Below the pieces are notes generated by a model. That model had not been told where the DNA came from. It did not search any database and was given only the letters and a program-made list of their open reading frames with translations. Source: Ramazzottius varieornatus (lineage: Eukaryota; Animalia; Tardigrada). Taken from it: a DNA stretch of 64,000 bases. The stretch covers positions 1,189,226 to 1,253,225 of the forward strand of contig BDGG01000013.1 in assembly GCA_001949185.1 (NCBI GenBank). The letters are read 5' to 3'. How positions within the stretch are numbered: position 1 is the stretch's first letter; each line of letters opens with the position of its first letter. A program made the translations under genes and the position numbers. This document shows positions 25,070-36,683 of this stretch, one piece after another.

Positions 25070-26326
25070 TATTCTCATACCAGCAACGTGGACTCTTTTG
25101 ATAATACTCGTATTGTACCTTCTGACCGGGAAGTTTACTGATTCGATAGTTCAGTCGGGTTTCGAAAACGATTGGTGGATCGCGGTGCCTGTTTGCTTAC
25201 TGTACCTGAAGCTTTGTCATGCTTGTCTGCCATTATGTGGCACTGCTCTCGGTTTATAACGTTACATCCGATTTGCAGAGGTGGTGTGTTTTATCAGCAG
25301 TTTCGTGTTAGAGAGTCTACTTGGATGAATAGACAGTATGACATTGCACTTTCCATTGCGCCTGTTTTGTGTTCTGTATTGAAATCACCAAATTTATTGC
25401 GGGAAATAGAATCAAGAAACCGGTTTTGAGCACAGACTAATCCGATATGCTTGTTTGCATGTTATGATAATAATGTGGAGAGAGGGCGTGCCTGAAGCTA
25501 TCAAACAAAATAGACGAAGCTTATTGGGCTTTACTTTCAACACAAGCAGAAAACCGAATTGAAAACGTCTGGAGCGACCAGTTTGATCTAACGAAAACTC
25601 AAAAAGTTCTCGGCGTTTCGTATCTTGTTCGACCAATCATAGTCAGCCATTGCACCTGTGATCGGTTGAAGTTCCTAACGGAGTTGTAGGGTCAAGCACT
25701 GATCCGACCATTTAGGAAGATGTATCTTATCAGCGAAAGGATCAATTCGGCAATCAATTCACGGGAACGACTAAGTAATATTTTCTGCTGTGAGAAAAGT
25801 CCGAAGGGAGGCAGCACTGGTCTATATAGCAAACTTCTTTAATCTTACAAGTCCCTTCGGATTTATTGATACAATACTAATACATATAATACATATACGA
25901 TATTAATACAATATAATAGTAGTACGCGCACGAAAAGAAATTACCGTCCAGTACAAATCATGAGGGAAGCGGAAAAGACGGCAAAATGAAAACTTAACCG
26001 TTGAAAAGTGTGGGGAAGTGTATTACTGTGATGATAATGATAGGTGTACCTACAGTCCTTGCTTCCGTTCCACCGTAGCGAAAAGGCTTGGCCCATAACT
26101 TTACTGTCCCAAACTGAATTCTCTTCCTGCGTGTATCTTTTTTCCTGCATAGATCGTGTCTGCGCCTTTTTGAATGATATCAACAGTGCCTTTGTACCGT
26201 GAACTGTTTGGTTGAAGTTCATAGTGGCACGAGTCGGCATACTGAAAATTGAACTGAATACTGGAAGGCGTTTATGAGTCGAGGAGTCTATGCAATAATG
26301 CGAAGTTGCCTACGGCTCCAGTATCA

Positions 26327-26383
26327 GTACGTTATACTACAGTGTAATTTGACCGCGGTACGTTATACTACAGTGTAATTTGA
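26327..26383. repeat. 31-bp-period tandem duplication upstream of a GST
   Basis: gtacgttatactacagtgtaatttga, two copies. Confidence 0.9.
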
Positions 26384-26481
26384 AAGTTGAAACTGCTGGA
26401 AAGCGTTAGTCTGCAAGAGCTGATTATTTCCTGAATCCTGACTAACGTAGTGTCTTACCGCTATTGCGGTGGAGATTCGGA

Positions 26482-27822
26482 ATGGCACCAATGACACTGG
26501 GATACTGGGACTGCAGAGGCGTAAGTACTCATCCGGCTTATTTTTCCAAATGGCATGGGTTACGCCGAGCAAGATATCATCTTCCCGTCGCTCACTTTAT
26601 CTTCAGCTGGTCCAGCCTATTCGTTACCTGCTCGAGCATGTGGGTCAGGAATACGACTACAAGTGCTACACATTCGGGAACGATATTGACACCATGTTTT
26701 CCTGTGAGCGAAGCCCGCTGGGTCACTAGCTATCGTCAACCATCAGCCTTTGAGCTTACACAAATCAATCTCTAAGTTTTTACCGTTTCCAGCTTGGTAC
26801 TCGCAAAAGCCTACCATCGAATTAGACTTTCCCAACGTAAGCCTGGACCTCCATCTCCCGTTCGCTTGCGCTAAGTCTGTGTGTACTCAGGGAAATCCGA
26901 ATACACACCCTGTATTTGCGCACTTTTCAGCTTCCCTACTTGATCGATGGCGATATCAGGCTTACCGAGACCGTAGCTATCCTACATCATCTCGGAAGAA
27001 AGTTTGAACTTGGTACTGTTGCCATTTTGGGGAGTTTTATGGTCTAGAATAATCCATGATTTCTATGACAGTGGCACAAAGCGACCTGGATCAGCGAACC
27101 CAAGATATGTTCGATGGGATACTCAACGATCTGGCTTCAGCAGGAACCACGTTTTACTATCCAGACAGACGTTCAAGACAGTATCCAGATGATCTTGTAC
27201 GTGTATTTGTGTAGCATTGAAATTCTGGTCGGCACAGCGGTAACAGCCGCCGATATTTCCCAGGAAGCGGCGAAGAATAAGTTCAACGAACAATATCTTG
27301 GTCCGAAACTAGAATATATGAACCGATGGATGGAGAACAAGAAATTCATCTTCGGCGAAACTATGCATTATAATGATTTTGTAATGTTCGAGGTACGCGT
27401 TAAGCTGTATCCAGGAAAGTACATGCTGAATATTCGAGGTGAAGGTGAACGGTTTTGTTCATAGCGACTGGACGAGCACAACGCGGCGTTTTCCGGTTTG
27501 ATTGCGCAGTATTCCAACCTGAGCAGGCATCATGAGCTCATGCTGGTGAGACACCTCTGACACTTCAACTTTCTCCTGTGGCAAACCTGACATCTGCCAA
27601 CACTTTACATGGCTGAACACAATTTGGATGGGGAAAAACATGTTTTCGTGTTCGACACAGAGCCAGAAAGGTGTGAAGGACTTGCTGAACTCCGGACGCA
27701 GTTCAAAAGCCTACAGAGCTCCAAAGGCAGAATGCGGCCTTGCAGGTTACCACCAGATTTTCTGGAACGAGGAAACTCGGGCATACGTAAAGTTTCCAAA
27801 AAAAGAACTTTCGCGGACCTAA
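26482..27822 (+). CDS. Mu-like glutathione S-transferase (intact)
   Basis: MAPMTLGYWDCRG|LVQPIRYLLEHVGQEY..ELDFPN|LPYLIDGD..HYNDFVMFE; same intron positions as the 23567 copy. Confidence 0.9.
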
Positions 27823-28239
27823 GAACTCGACTACAGGACAGGAGCGCTGTTTAGAGCAGGCTAATTTTTTTCCGAGTTTGCCAACAAGGATGCTAGCACC
27901 TTGATAAAGTCGTTCGGCTTGGGACCGGCGATAAACTACTGCAATAAGCAGCATTAAGTCTGCCAACTGATGAAATTTTTGTTAATCAGGAGCATATTTC
28001 AACTTCGCATTTAGAGGGACATCCATACGCTGTAACAGAACTCTGTACTTCGAGGGAATAAAAATTGTGGAGTCATCAAGAGCTGTACGAGCCATAAAAT
28101 TATAGAGCCATCAAAAGCTCGTACCACCGTGTGGGTCGCAATATGAAACTCGATCTTCACGTACACGTGTACTACAATCTTTGCACTCGTAGATCAAACT
28201 TACTGATTCACCTCCCACGCTTTACGCCCGGTCAGCGCC

Positions 28240-28515
28240 AAACAGCAATACGTCACTGGTAGTAAACTGAATTTTCTGGAGTTTAGCCTGATGGAACAGC
28301 CGGAGGGTCACGCTGCGGCCACAACGCTAAACCAGTTTCCCAATCGGCAAAAGTATCTCGAACGTATGAGGGTATTAATAAGTAAAGAGAAAATTCGGTG
28401 AAAAGATTGTCACCTTGGGCGGTATGATCGTCCACCGAGTGAAGAAATATCTGACTTCGGATCGAAACCTCGAAGGACGGAACTAACTACAGGCAAAGTG
28501 GGCGGCAAAGAGGAA
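28240..28515 (+). pseudogene. GST 3' fragment (last two exons), similar to the copy at 29437
   Basis: cagcaatacgtcactggta..aaccagtttcccaatc..gaacgtatga and atatctgacttcggatcg match 30530-30800, with indels and a stop. Confidence 0.85.
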
Positions 28516-29436
28516 TTACTATTAGCTCGAAACACACTGGTCACATGTTTTTTTTATTGATATTGTGATGTTTTTCAGGGCAGAAATTGCGTTTGACGCG
28601 TTTCCTTTCCGTTTTTCGTCTGGTTTGCATAACCGCGCATTCCATGATTTCTAGCTAGGCCATTATTGTAATGCACTGACCTCCTCGCATCAGTCCACTG
28701 GTGAAAATCGACCAAAACTTATGCGGCTGCACTGGTCTAACTACGGGTAAGGATGCATTTTAGAAATTTAGGGACATGCTAGTTAAGTTTCTTTTCGAGT
28801 TTCCCAACGAGGAAGTTGAAAATTCTACTCTGTAAACGGCATGACACTACCGTCAGTCTGCAAACAACAGCTACTGCAGAAGATAATCTTCTTCGGATAC
28901 ACGCTAAATCCCTATTCATAGTTTGTTTCGATTTCTAGGTATGGCTCGCCAAATTTGGATACGGCGAGTCCGTCAACGCGTTCAATTGAGACACCGAGTC
29001 ATAAATGTCGTAATGTTATACCTCTATCACAGTCACATAAAGCTGTCAGCTTGTGTCAAGGCACCAGTTTAGACATACTGATACAACATGGCCACGCCTT
29101 CCAGGTGCACCAATAGTCCAGTATCTACCACTGTACAAGCAGTAAGCACCACCCCTCTGTTATCGTACTAAATGGAAACTTCCGGCGATTAATCTTTCTT
29201 TACTTTACTTCCGGCGCCTTCCAGAGTTGCTGATAAGGTGCTTCTTCAAGAGAAACGTGCTGTGTCACCTTGATTAGAGACCGGTTGCCCTTTGATACAT
29301 TGACGACGAGTATACCCTCGGGCTGTTTAGGTAAGTGTTATCCAGTGCATCGGAAAGCTACCCGTGGTTTCGTGATCAACGGTTTTGCTTTCAGATTGCT
29401 TCCCTGCACTGCTACAGGACCCGGAACTTTCAAGTC

Positions 29437-30834
29437 ATGGCCTCAAACTCGCAGAACAGTGTTGTGCTGGGATATTGGAACATCCGTGGGGTACGTCTTT
29501 CAACAAATGAGCGGGCGCGAGTGAGCCTGTGCGCCTTTTGATCGGGGATCACCCAAAATGATTCGCATATTTTTTTGGTATTCACAGCTGGTGAATTCCA
29601 TTCGCCTTTTGCTGGAGCACGTCGGGCAGAAGTACGAATATCAGGCAGTGGATGGAGAAAGTAAGTCTGAAGCTACCGTCAAATTAAAGTGACCGTTTGC
29701 TTGATGTTATTGAGACGTATTTCTTTCCGACAGAATGGTTCGGAGGACAGAAGCACAGTATGGGACTTCCATTTCCCAACGTGAGTATGGACTATCCTTT
29801 CACCCAAATTTGAAATTTCCGGTTCGCCCAAAATCGACGATAAATTCACGTTCGCTGAATGAACTTCATTGGTCCTTATTTTTGTCATTTTAGTTACCCT
29901 ACCTGATCGACGGAAATACCAAGCTGACACAGTCTCGTGCCATCCTCAAGTACTTGGCTCGCAAGCATGGCTTGGGTACGCCGTAATATTTTTTCTGTTG
30001 TTAAGTCCCCTATTATTCGAACCGGAAATTCGAGTTTTCTCAGTGCTGTAATCTTTTATTTGATAGTGGCGACTAGCGAGGAAGAGATGCAAAAGCAAGA
30101 TATGGTCGACGGTGTTTTGCTCGACATCCAGAACAACTGGGGCCGTCTGGTGTACGCGTCGGAAGATTTCGTAAGTGCAGTATCTTACCAAAATTTCCAA
30201 AATTCAGTTGGGAAATCGGCAAATGCACTTGACAAGCTTGTTTTCCCAAGTGGCGCACTTTGTCAGTATTCTGGCTATCTAGCGTGCGTCGCTTACTGGA
30301 AAACCCAACAAGAATTGTTTTCCCAAGTGGCGCGCGTTTTCTGTTGTTATTGTTATTTGATGAAAGCGTGCCCTACTTCGAAATCGACCTCGTCGCGTTT
30401 GTTGTTTAAACCCATTATTTTTTTCTTTTCCTGAATAATAAGCTTCTTTGATATCCCAGGAGCAAGAGAAGCAGAAATTCATGAAGGAGAAGGTGGACAA
30501 CTTTCGAGGACTCGACAAGTGGCTGTCCAACCAGCAATACGTCACTGGTAACAAGCTCAATTTCCTGGACTTCGCTCTGCTGGAACAGCTGGAAGGCCAT
30601 GCTGCCGCCATGCCCGAATTGCTGAACCAGTTTCCCAATCTGCAAAAGTACCGCGAACGTATGATGGTAAGTGGATAAACAGATCCTATGAAAAGATTCT
30701 CACTTTGGGCACTTTACCGAACCTTTTTCCGTCCGTTGCAGAACCTGAAGGGCGTGAAGGAATATTTGACTTCGGATCGCAACCCCGAAGACTGGAACGG
30801 ACCACAGGCTAAATGGGGAGCAATGAAGATGTAA
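29437..30834 (+). CDS. Mu-like glutathione S-transferase (intact)
   Basis: [18 protein letters not shown]|[22 protein letters not shown]|[44 protein letters not shown]. Confidence 0.92.
30217..30410. repeat. Intronic palindromic element, family A, dimer
   Basis: Two ttttcccaagtggcgc cores (about 30241 and 30318), each followed by a degenerate reverse arm. Confidence 0.8.
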
Positions 30835-31261
30835 TTTGCGATAGAGGATGGATTTTGCTTCGTGTGGCAAAAGTAGCATGTAGCAATTCTCGTTCCGAGT
30901 TTCTGTCCGGTTTGTCTTTGTGTGACACTCCACGCACTGCACCGAGGCTTTTATTGTATTGCACCGCTATCTTCGCATGGGTTTACTAGCAGAAGCAAAA
31001 AGGTTTCAGTCTGTTTTCTCGTAACGTAAGAACGATAACTGGTCCGCGGCTGTGTTACGCAGAAAGTTCGTCTAGAGAAAGACGATTGTGGTCATTTGGG
31101 TTAGTTTGGTTTACCATTGAGAAAGCCGCTCGCGCAACCAGGATGTGGTAACCCCAAACGAGCTAAATGTGCCTGTCACTGGCAAAGGTGGAAGGTTTCG
31201 ATATCAGGTTGTAGGAAGGGATTTCTTCTTGTGTGGCTCAGGGTCGTCCTTACTAATTATC

Positions 31262-31990
31262 ATGGATCAGGAATATCAGCGAATTCTGGAGGCGGCGGTG
31301 GTGGTATTGTTGTTGGCGTTTACACACCCGGTATCCAGTTTTCCGATTCAGTATAGCATTGTTTCACCCGGAGCAATTCCAGCTGTAAGCAACGCCGTCC
31401 AGGCTGTCTCCGGCTCCACAGGCGCCATAGTTAGCTCATATGGCTACGACATGATGGACCAGTCCATGTAAGTTCTCCAGGTAAGTTGAACCAATCTCTA
31501 TAGAACCCTGCACCTGCCTGCTCATAACCAGGGGAATGGCATAATTTTATTGTGCCGTATTAGTTTTCTGAAACTTGCTTATCTTTAGCTTTCCTTGGAA
31601 TCCAAACTTCGTGATAGTTGCCTTCCGCCGTCAATATGGCTTCCGCTCTGGCTGGTTCTACGGTGAGTTCGAGGAAAATCCGAAGAAGCAGTACTAAGTT
31701 ATACCTCTGGCCAACTTACTCAACAAGTTCTCATCTAGGCTACGGCATATTTTATGAAGTTCCACCGTTCTTCGGATTCGGCGAAGTCCGGCTGGGTTTT
31801 GGAATCAACCCGTGGTACGTGCTGCCTCATAGTCTTCGCAGCCTTCCTCCTTAAGAGTTCTTTTGAAGAACCTCATGAAAGTATGATAATGCAGAATTTC
31901 AGGGCGGATTACCTGGCAGCTTGGACGTTGAACGAAATCAGACTAAGGTCCCTCTACCACCCAGGACTCACTCCCGCACTGGTCGGATGA
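31262..31990 (+). CDS. Uncharacterised secreted Gly/aromatic-rich protein, 147 aa, 4 exons
   Basis: Exons 31262-31467, 31589-31662, 31739-31814 and 31903-31990 join in phase via GT-AG introns (444 nt). Hydrophobic N-terminus AAVVVLLLAFTHPVSS. Confidence 0.75.
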
Positions 31991-32299
31991 TCTTCCCATA
32001 CCTCCCTGTTACTCTTTGTTTTGCGGCTTGTCAGAACTCCCCGAGTGAATACCTACGATTAAGCGTTTTCTCGTCGTTTTTCGGTTGTTACTGTTGGTTA
32101 TGGAGCCGCGGTGCTAGTCTTGATCATACAAAATTGGTAAAATCTCGCTAAATTAAACACAACAGGCGATAAAAATTAAACGAAACTTCCAAGTTCCTCT
32201 TCCCCAAATAAAACATTTCAAAATAAAGATAAAACTTCGAATGTACAAAAGAGTAAAACGTCAACAGCAAAGCTCCAAAGGTAAAATCGACATAAAATT

Positions 32300-34139
32300 T
32301 CAAGGTAAACGATACTTCCGTATCCGTCCATCCAGGCAGGCCGTTACCAGCGTTCCATTATAGACACACAGCCTAGAAATCTGCTCATCACCCCCACAAA
32401 ACTCCCAACTGACATCGTTCCTCTCATTCTGTACCGGGTTCCTGTAAAAACAGCTGCCATCTGCCGCTCCACAGATCACGCCACCCTTGTAGCCCGCCAT
32501 GCAGTTGATACTTCCTCTGGTTTCCCTCCAATGCGACAGAGGCCTATCCGGCCTTCGCCAGTCAAAGTAGAGGACCTGACCCGTGTCTGTCCCACAAGCG
32601 AAGTAGGGATGGTCGAGGAATGTACAGCTTTCCACAATGGACCGACCTGTGAAAAACAGCCGACAAAGGATTTTTCAGTGAACAAGATGGTTTTCCGGAG
32701 TGGTGCATGTTGTCAGTGTTATTGGCTAAAAGCGCGAGCCACGTTTGCGCCACAACGCGGCGCAAACTTTCAGCCCTAAAAATTGAGGGCGTGCGCCACT
32801 CGAGAAGTCAACCTTGGTTCAGTTTATTTGCTCAAGTGCGAAGTCTTGAAAGAAGTGGCTATTTACCTTCCATGGTGAATTTGAAGAGTTCCATGGTGGG
32901 CGTTCGTTGGAGAAGCGAGACAATCTTCAGATGCTGGTCGTCACCACCGTAGAGCAGGACTCGGCCATCAAGAGCTGGGTCGGGAGGAGAAGCCTTTGCG
33001 GTGGCTTCGTAAGCTTCGCGTATGGAAGTATCGGCGGTCTGGACGGAAAGACACTTGACGGTGGCACCGAAGTTCAGCACGACCGTCATGATGGGATCGG
33101 CACGATTTATGTCCCACAGCCGAACCGTGCCTAAAAAAGATCCATCCTTGACAGAAAACACAAAAAGTATTCGTTGGAAGGAGAAAGATTTACCGTCTTG
33201 CGCGGAGGAAAACAGATGTTTTCCTTTTTCCAAGAAGAGGAGTTCGTGCACCTTCGCCGAGTGTCCACGGAGTGTCCTGAAGGTTCGCCTTCTATCTACA
33301 CTGTACAACTTGATGCTGTTGGCATCGCAGCTAAAAGCGACTGTTGGTTGAGGAGAAGGTACCCACTTCACCGTATTCCTGCAATATGCGAAGCAATACC
33401 GTATGAAAACTCTGAACACTTCCCTCTTCTTCCATATATGCCCATGACGTCAGTAATCTCCAGTTACGCAACGTTAAAGAGTACACAAACCATGAGTCAC
33501 ACACGAACTAGCCGAATTAGGTATTCAACAAGTGGATTCCATCGTTTTGTTCTGAGAGGATTTCTTCTGACTTACTCACATTTCACCCATCTTTATAGTG
33601 TCTTGTATCTCTTCCGTCTCTATATTCCATATCTTGAGCATCTCTCCACCGCACACCGCGGCGCCGTACTGTCCGGAGGAATGGACATCCACGTTGACGA
33701 TATTCTTCGTGAAGACTTTATCAAACGTCTTGCTGGGCAGATGAAACGTTGCTCTGGATGCCACCGTCGGTAGCTGGTCATATGAGATCTCCAGCGTTCT
33801 TGGCGTGACACCATGCACACGGAAGCCAGTTTTGCATGCAAAAGACGACGTCTTGTCGTTGACGGTGGTGGTGAAGGGTGACGCAGCTGACTCGGACGGC
33901 GTCATGGTCTGCGTGTCGAAGCAATCCCCGACGATCGTCGTACCTTCGGCCTTGATACCTATCCAGACTTGACCCTTGTTGAAGAGCAGGTTGTCCCATT
34001 GTGGATGTGTGAAAAGCCGGGAGAGTGCTTTGACGCGAGGGATCTCTCGTGGCTCGATGCTATCGTTGGTTGAGGCTGCAGCGCGCTTGTCCACCTTTTG
34101 ACGCTTGTCCGACGAATTGGCCATGGTCTTGCGCTTCAT
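32300..34139 (-). CDS. WD40 protein, PAAF1/Rpn14-like (proteasomal ATPase-associated factor)
   Basis: N-terminal HPQWDNLL..GQVWI and FHLPSKTFDKVFTKNIVNVDVHSSG..LKIWN resemble PAAF1. WD repeats: LRGHSAKV..SSAQDG|TVRLWD, TACLDGRIRKY. Confidence 0.75.
32676..32832. repeat. Intronic palindromic element, family A, degenerate dimer
   Basis: aacaagatggttttccggagtggtgca ... gtgcgccactcgagaagtcaaccttggttcagtttatttgc. Confidence 0.7.
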
Positions 34140-34548
34140 CTCTCACTCCTGATGATACCGGTAAAACATGGATGATGGCACACGGACTTGCAGCTTCGGA
34201 GTTGATAAAGGAATCCGTTTGTTTACATCGACCGCAAACGTCGCACTGTGTCAATGTGACGAGTGTGATGTCATGCATTGTTATACTGATACTGTAGGCT
34301 GGTGAATCAATGATAGTATGTCAAGCTGTGACGTCAGGTTGGTTCTGCCAGGTTGATTGAGCTTGATTGAAATCCCTGAAACGGAATTGATTTCGGAATT
34401 CGAACTTTTTACTTTTACGTGCATTTCGTCGGTCCAGTGACTCCACTCTCTGCTTGTAGCGCTAACGTGCCCTGGAGCCTGATCGAGGATTAATGTTATA
34501 GTTTCTGGTGGGATGTGACCGGGATTGCGTCCGGCTGTTTCTGGGGAA

Positions 34549-36087
34549 ATGGGAAAAGACAGAAAGGACAAAGAAAGCCAGCAGGATGATCCAGAGAAGG
34601 ATACCACCGGGATTTCCTTCGTAGAAGAAGAGGCGATCTTTTCCGAGACGAATGAGAATTTGGAATGGGAACGTCCGTTCGCCGATACCGGTAAGAATGG
34701 GCTGCATTTTGCCCAGACAGCAAAGAGTAAGCAGTCAAACCAGTTGTTCTTGCAGGCCGTGGGACACTTCCGATTTTGACTCCCGCCGAGCACAAAATTC
34801 ACAATCCAGTCTACGATCCTTCGCAGATGGGATGGAGGAACGCCTTTACATCAGCGAGAGTCCATTATTTGGTACCTGGACTCTCAGCCTAAGACACTAA
34901 TACTAACAGTTTGATTTACTTCGGACTTTGTGAATGTCGGGTTGAGCCCCGCATGATGTTACTGCGCGCTTGTATCTGCGACAGGTGACGTCGAGCGCCG
35001 GTTGTTGCGGAGCACCGCTTTCGTACGCTTTAGCGAAGTGCTCGCCTATCGCCTTCCATGGTTCCATCAATGGCCCGCTGTCACTAAGTAGTATATTATT
35101 TTAGATTGCAGGTGGCTTAGCTGGAGCGGGGGCCCGCATCCTAACCCATCCTTTCGACCGCGCTCGAACTGCCATGCAGCTGTCCACACCCAAAGACCCT
35201 CGTTTCCTTAACATCGTTACAACTTTCCGAACCTTCCTCGACCAGCAAGGTGCTAAATTACTTTAGTTTACCCTGGTACTGTCTTTTAGTCTAGTCGCCG
35301 CTAACAAACAGCTGCTTTATTTGCAGGTAAGCGGTCCTTCTTCCGCGGGCTGGACATCAGCCTGCTCCGCATCATGCCGGAAATCGCCCTGAAGTTCGCC
35401 ATCTACGAAGAAGTCAAGAAATGGTTCGTCGCCAACCGCACCAAGAAAGCCGGCAAGCAAGCCACCTTTCAAGAGCGATTTCTCGCTGGTGCCGCAGCCG
35501 GCTTCGTCTCCCACATGGCCACTTACCCCATCTGGGTCGTCCAAACCCGCCTCGCCGCGCAACGTCCTCCCGGTTCCGAGTTCAGCGGCATCCGTGACGC
35601 CTTCCGTAAAATCTACCTCAACGAAGGTCCTCGGTCCTTTTACCGCGGTCTCTTGGTTAGCCTCACTGTGATGGCTCCAGCCATGGGTCTAGATTTAGCC
35701 ATTTACGGCAGACTGAAGAAGCTGTACAAGAATTACTTTCGTAAGCATGGTCATCCACCTGCGTACGCGCTGTTACTGTGTGGGACTGTCTCGTCGTGTT
35801 TAGCTCATCTGATAATCTATCCGTTATTACTGCCAAGGATTAGACTGCAAGCAAAGGACCCACATGCCATGCAAATTCAGACTACGGAGAAGAATCTGCT
35901 CGGGTACTTGGTGGACTTGTACAAGAAGGACGGGCTGAGGAAAGGACTGTATCGGGGACTGACACCGAGCTTGATTAAGGTTGTGCCGGCTGTTAGTATC
36001 TCGTATGTTTTGTATGAAAAGATCAATTGGTACCTGAAACAGTTTCAAACTACGGAGAAATCGACAAACAAGAGTACCCACGGATAA
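34549..36087 (+). CDS. SLC25 mitochondrial carrier (SCaMC/ATP-Mg-Pi or CoA-carrier-like, no EF-hands)
   Basis: Three carrier repeats: IAGGLAG..HPFDRART, LAGAAAG..YPIWVVQTRL, CGTVSS..YPLLLPRIRLQ; also FYRG/LYRG and KVVPAVSISYVLYE. Confidence 0.9.
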
Positions 36088-36683
36088 GTTCTTTGGTGCC
36101 TGTGTCGATAATTCGATATAGGGATATTGTACGACATTGCTAGAGCTAAATTTTTACCGCCATGATGTGCCACATTTCTCATGGAGAATCTGTTACTGCG
36201 AGCTTTTCTTTGAGTTTATATTGTGGTCCAAAGTCCACCGGTTTCTTCTTATAGTTTGTTTTCGGGATAACTTAGCCGGTCGTCGCGCAAGTGGTGATAA
36301 CGGCGTGATTGCGCATTCTGTTCCGATAAAAATTCTTGTTCGCGTTTGACTTTTCAAAACTTCCACATTTAGTCTTGTGCCTCCCGTTTTGTACGACAAT
36401 AAACGAAATTGAAAACGACAGTATTCGGAACGGAGAGGATCCTTCTATGGCGTAAAAATATTTCCCATATGGGGCGGCGACTGCGTACAGTACGGAAACG
36501 GTCATTTCTGCACTTTGAGGTGCACGTAACTCAAACTCCTGACAGATCTTCCCACAGCAATGAAATGGTATGATCTAGAACGAAAGAACATCGCAAATTT
36601 GTAACCGTGAGAACAGTTTCCGTTTGAAACTAGAATATCAACAACAAGACTTCTAAGATCAATACGAGACGGTATGATCAGTT

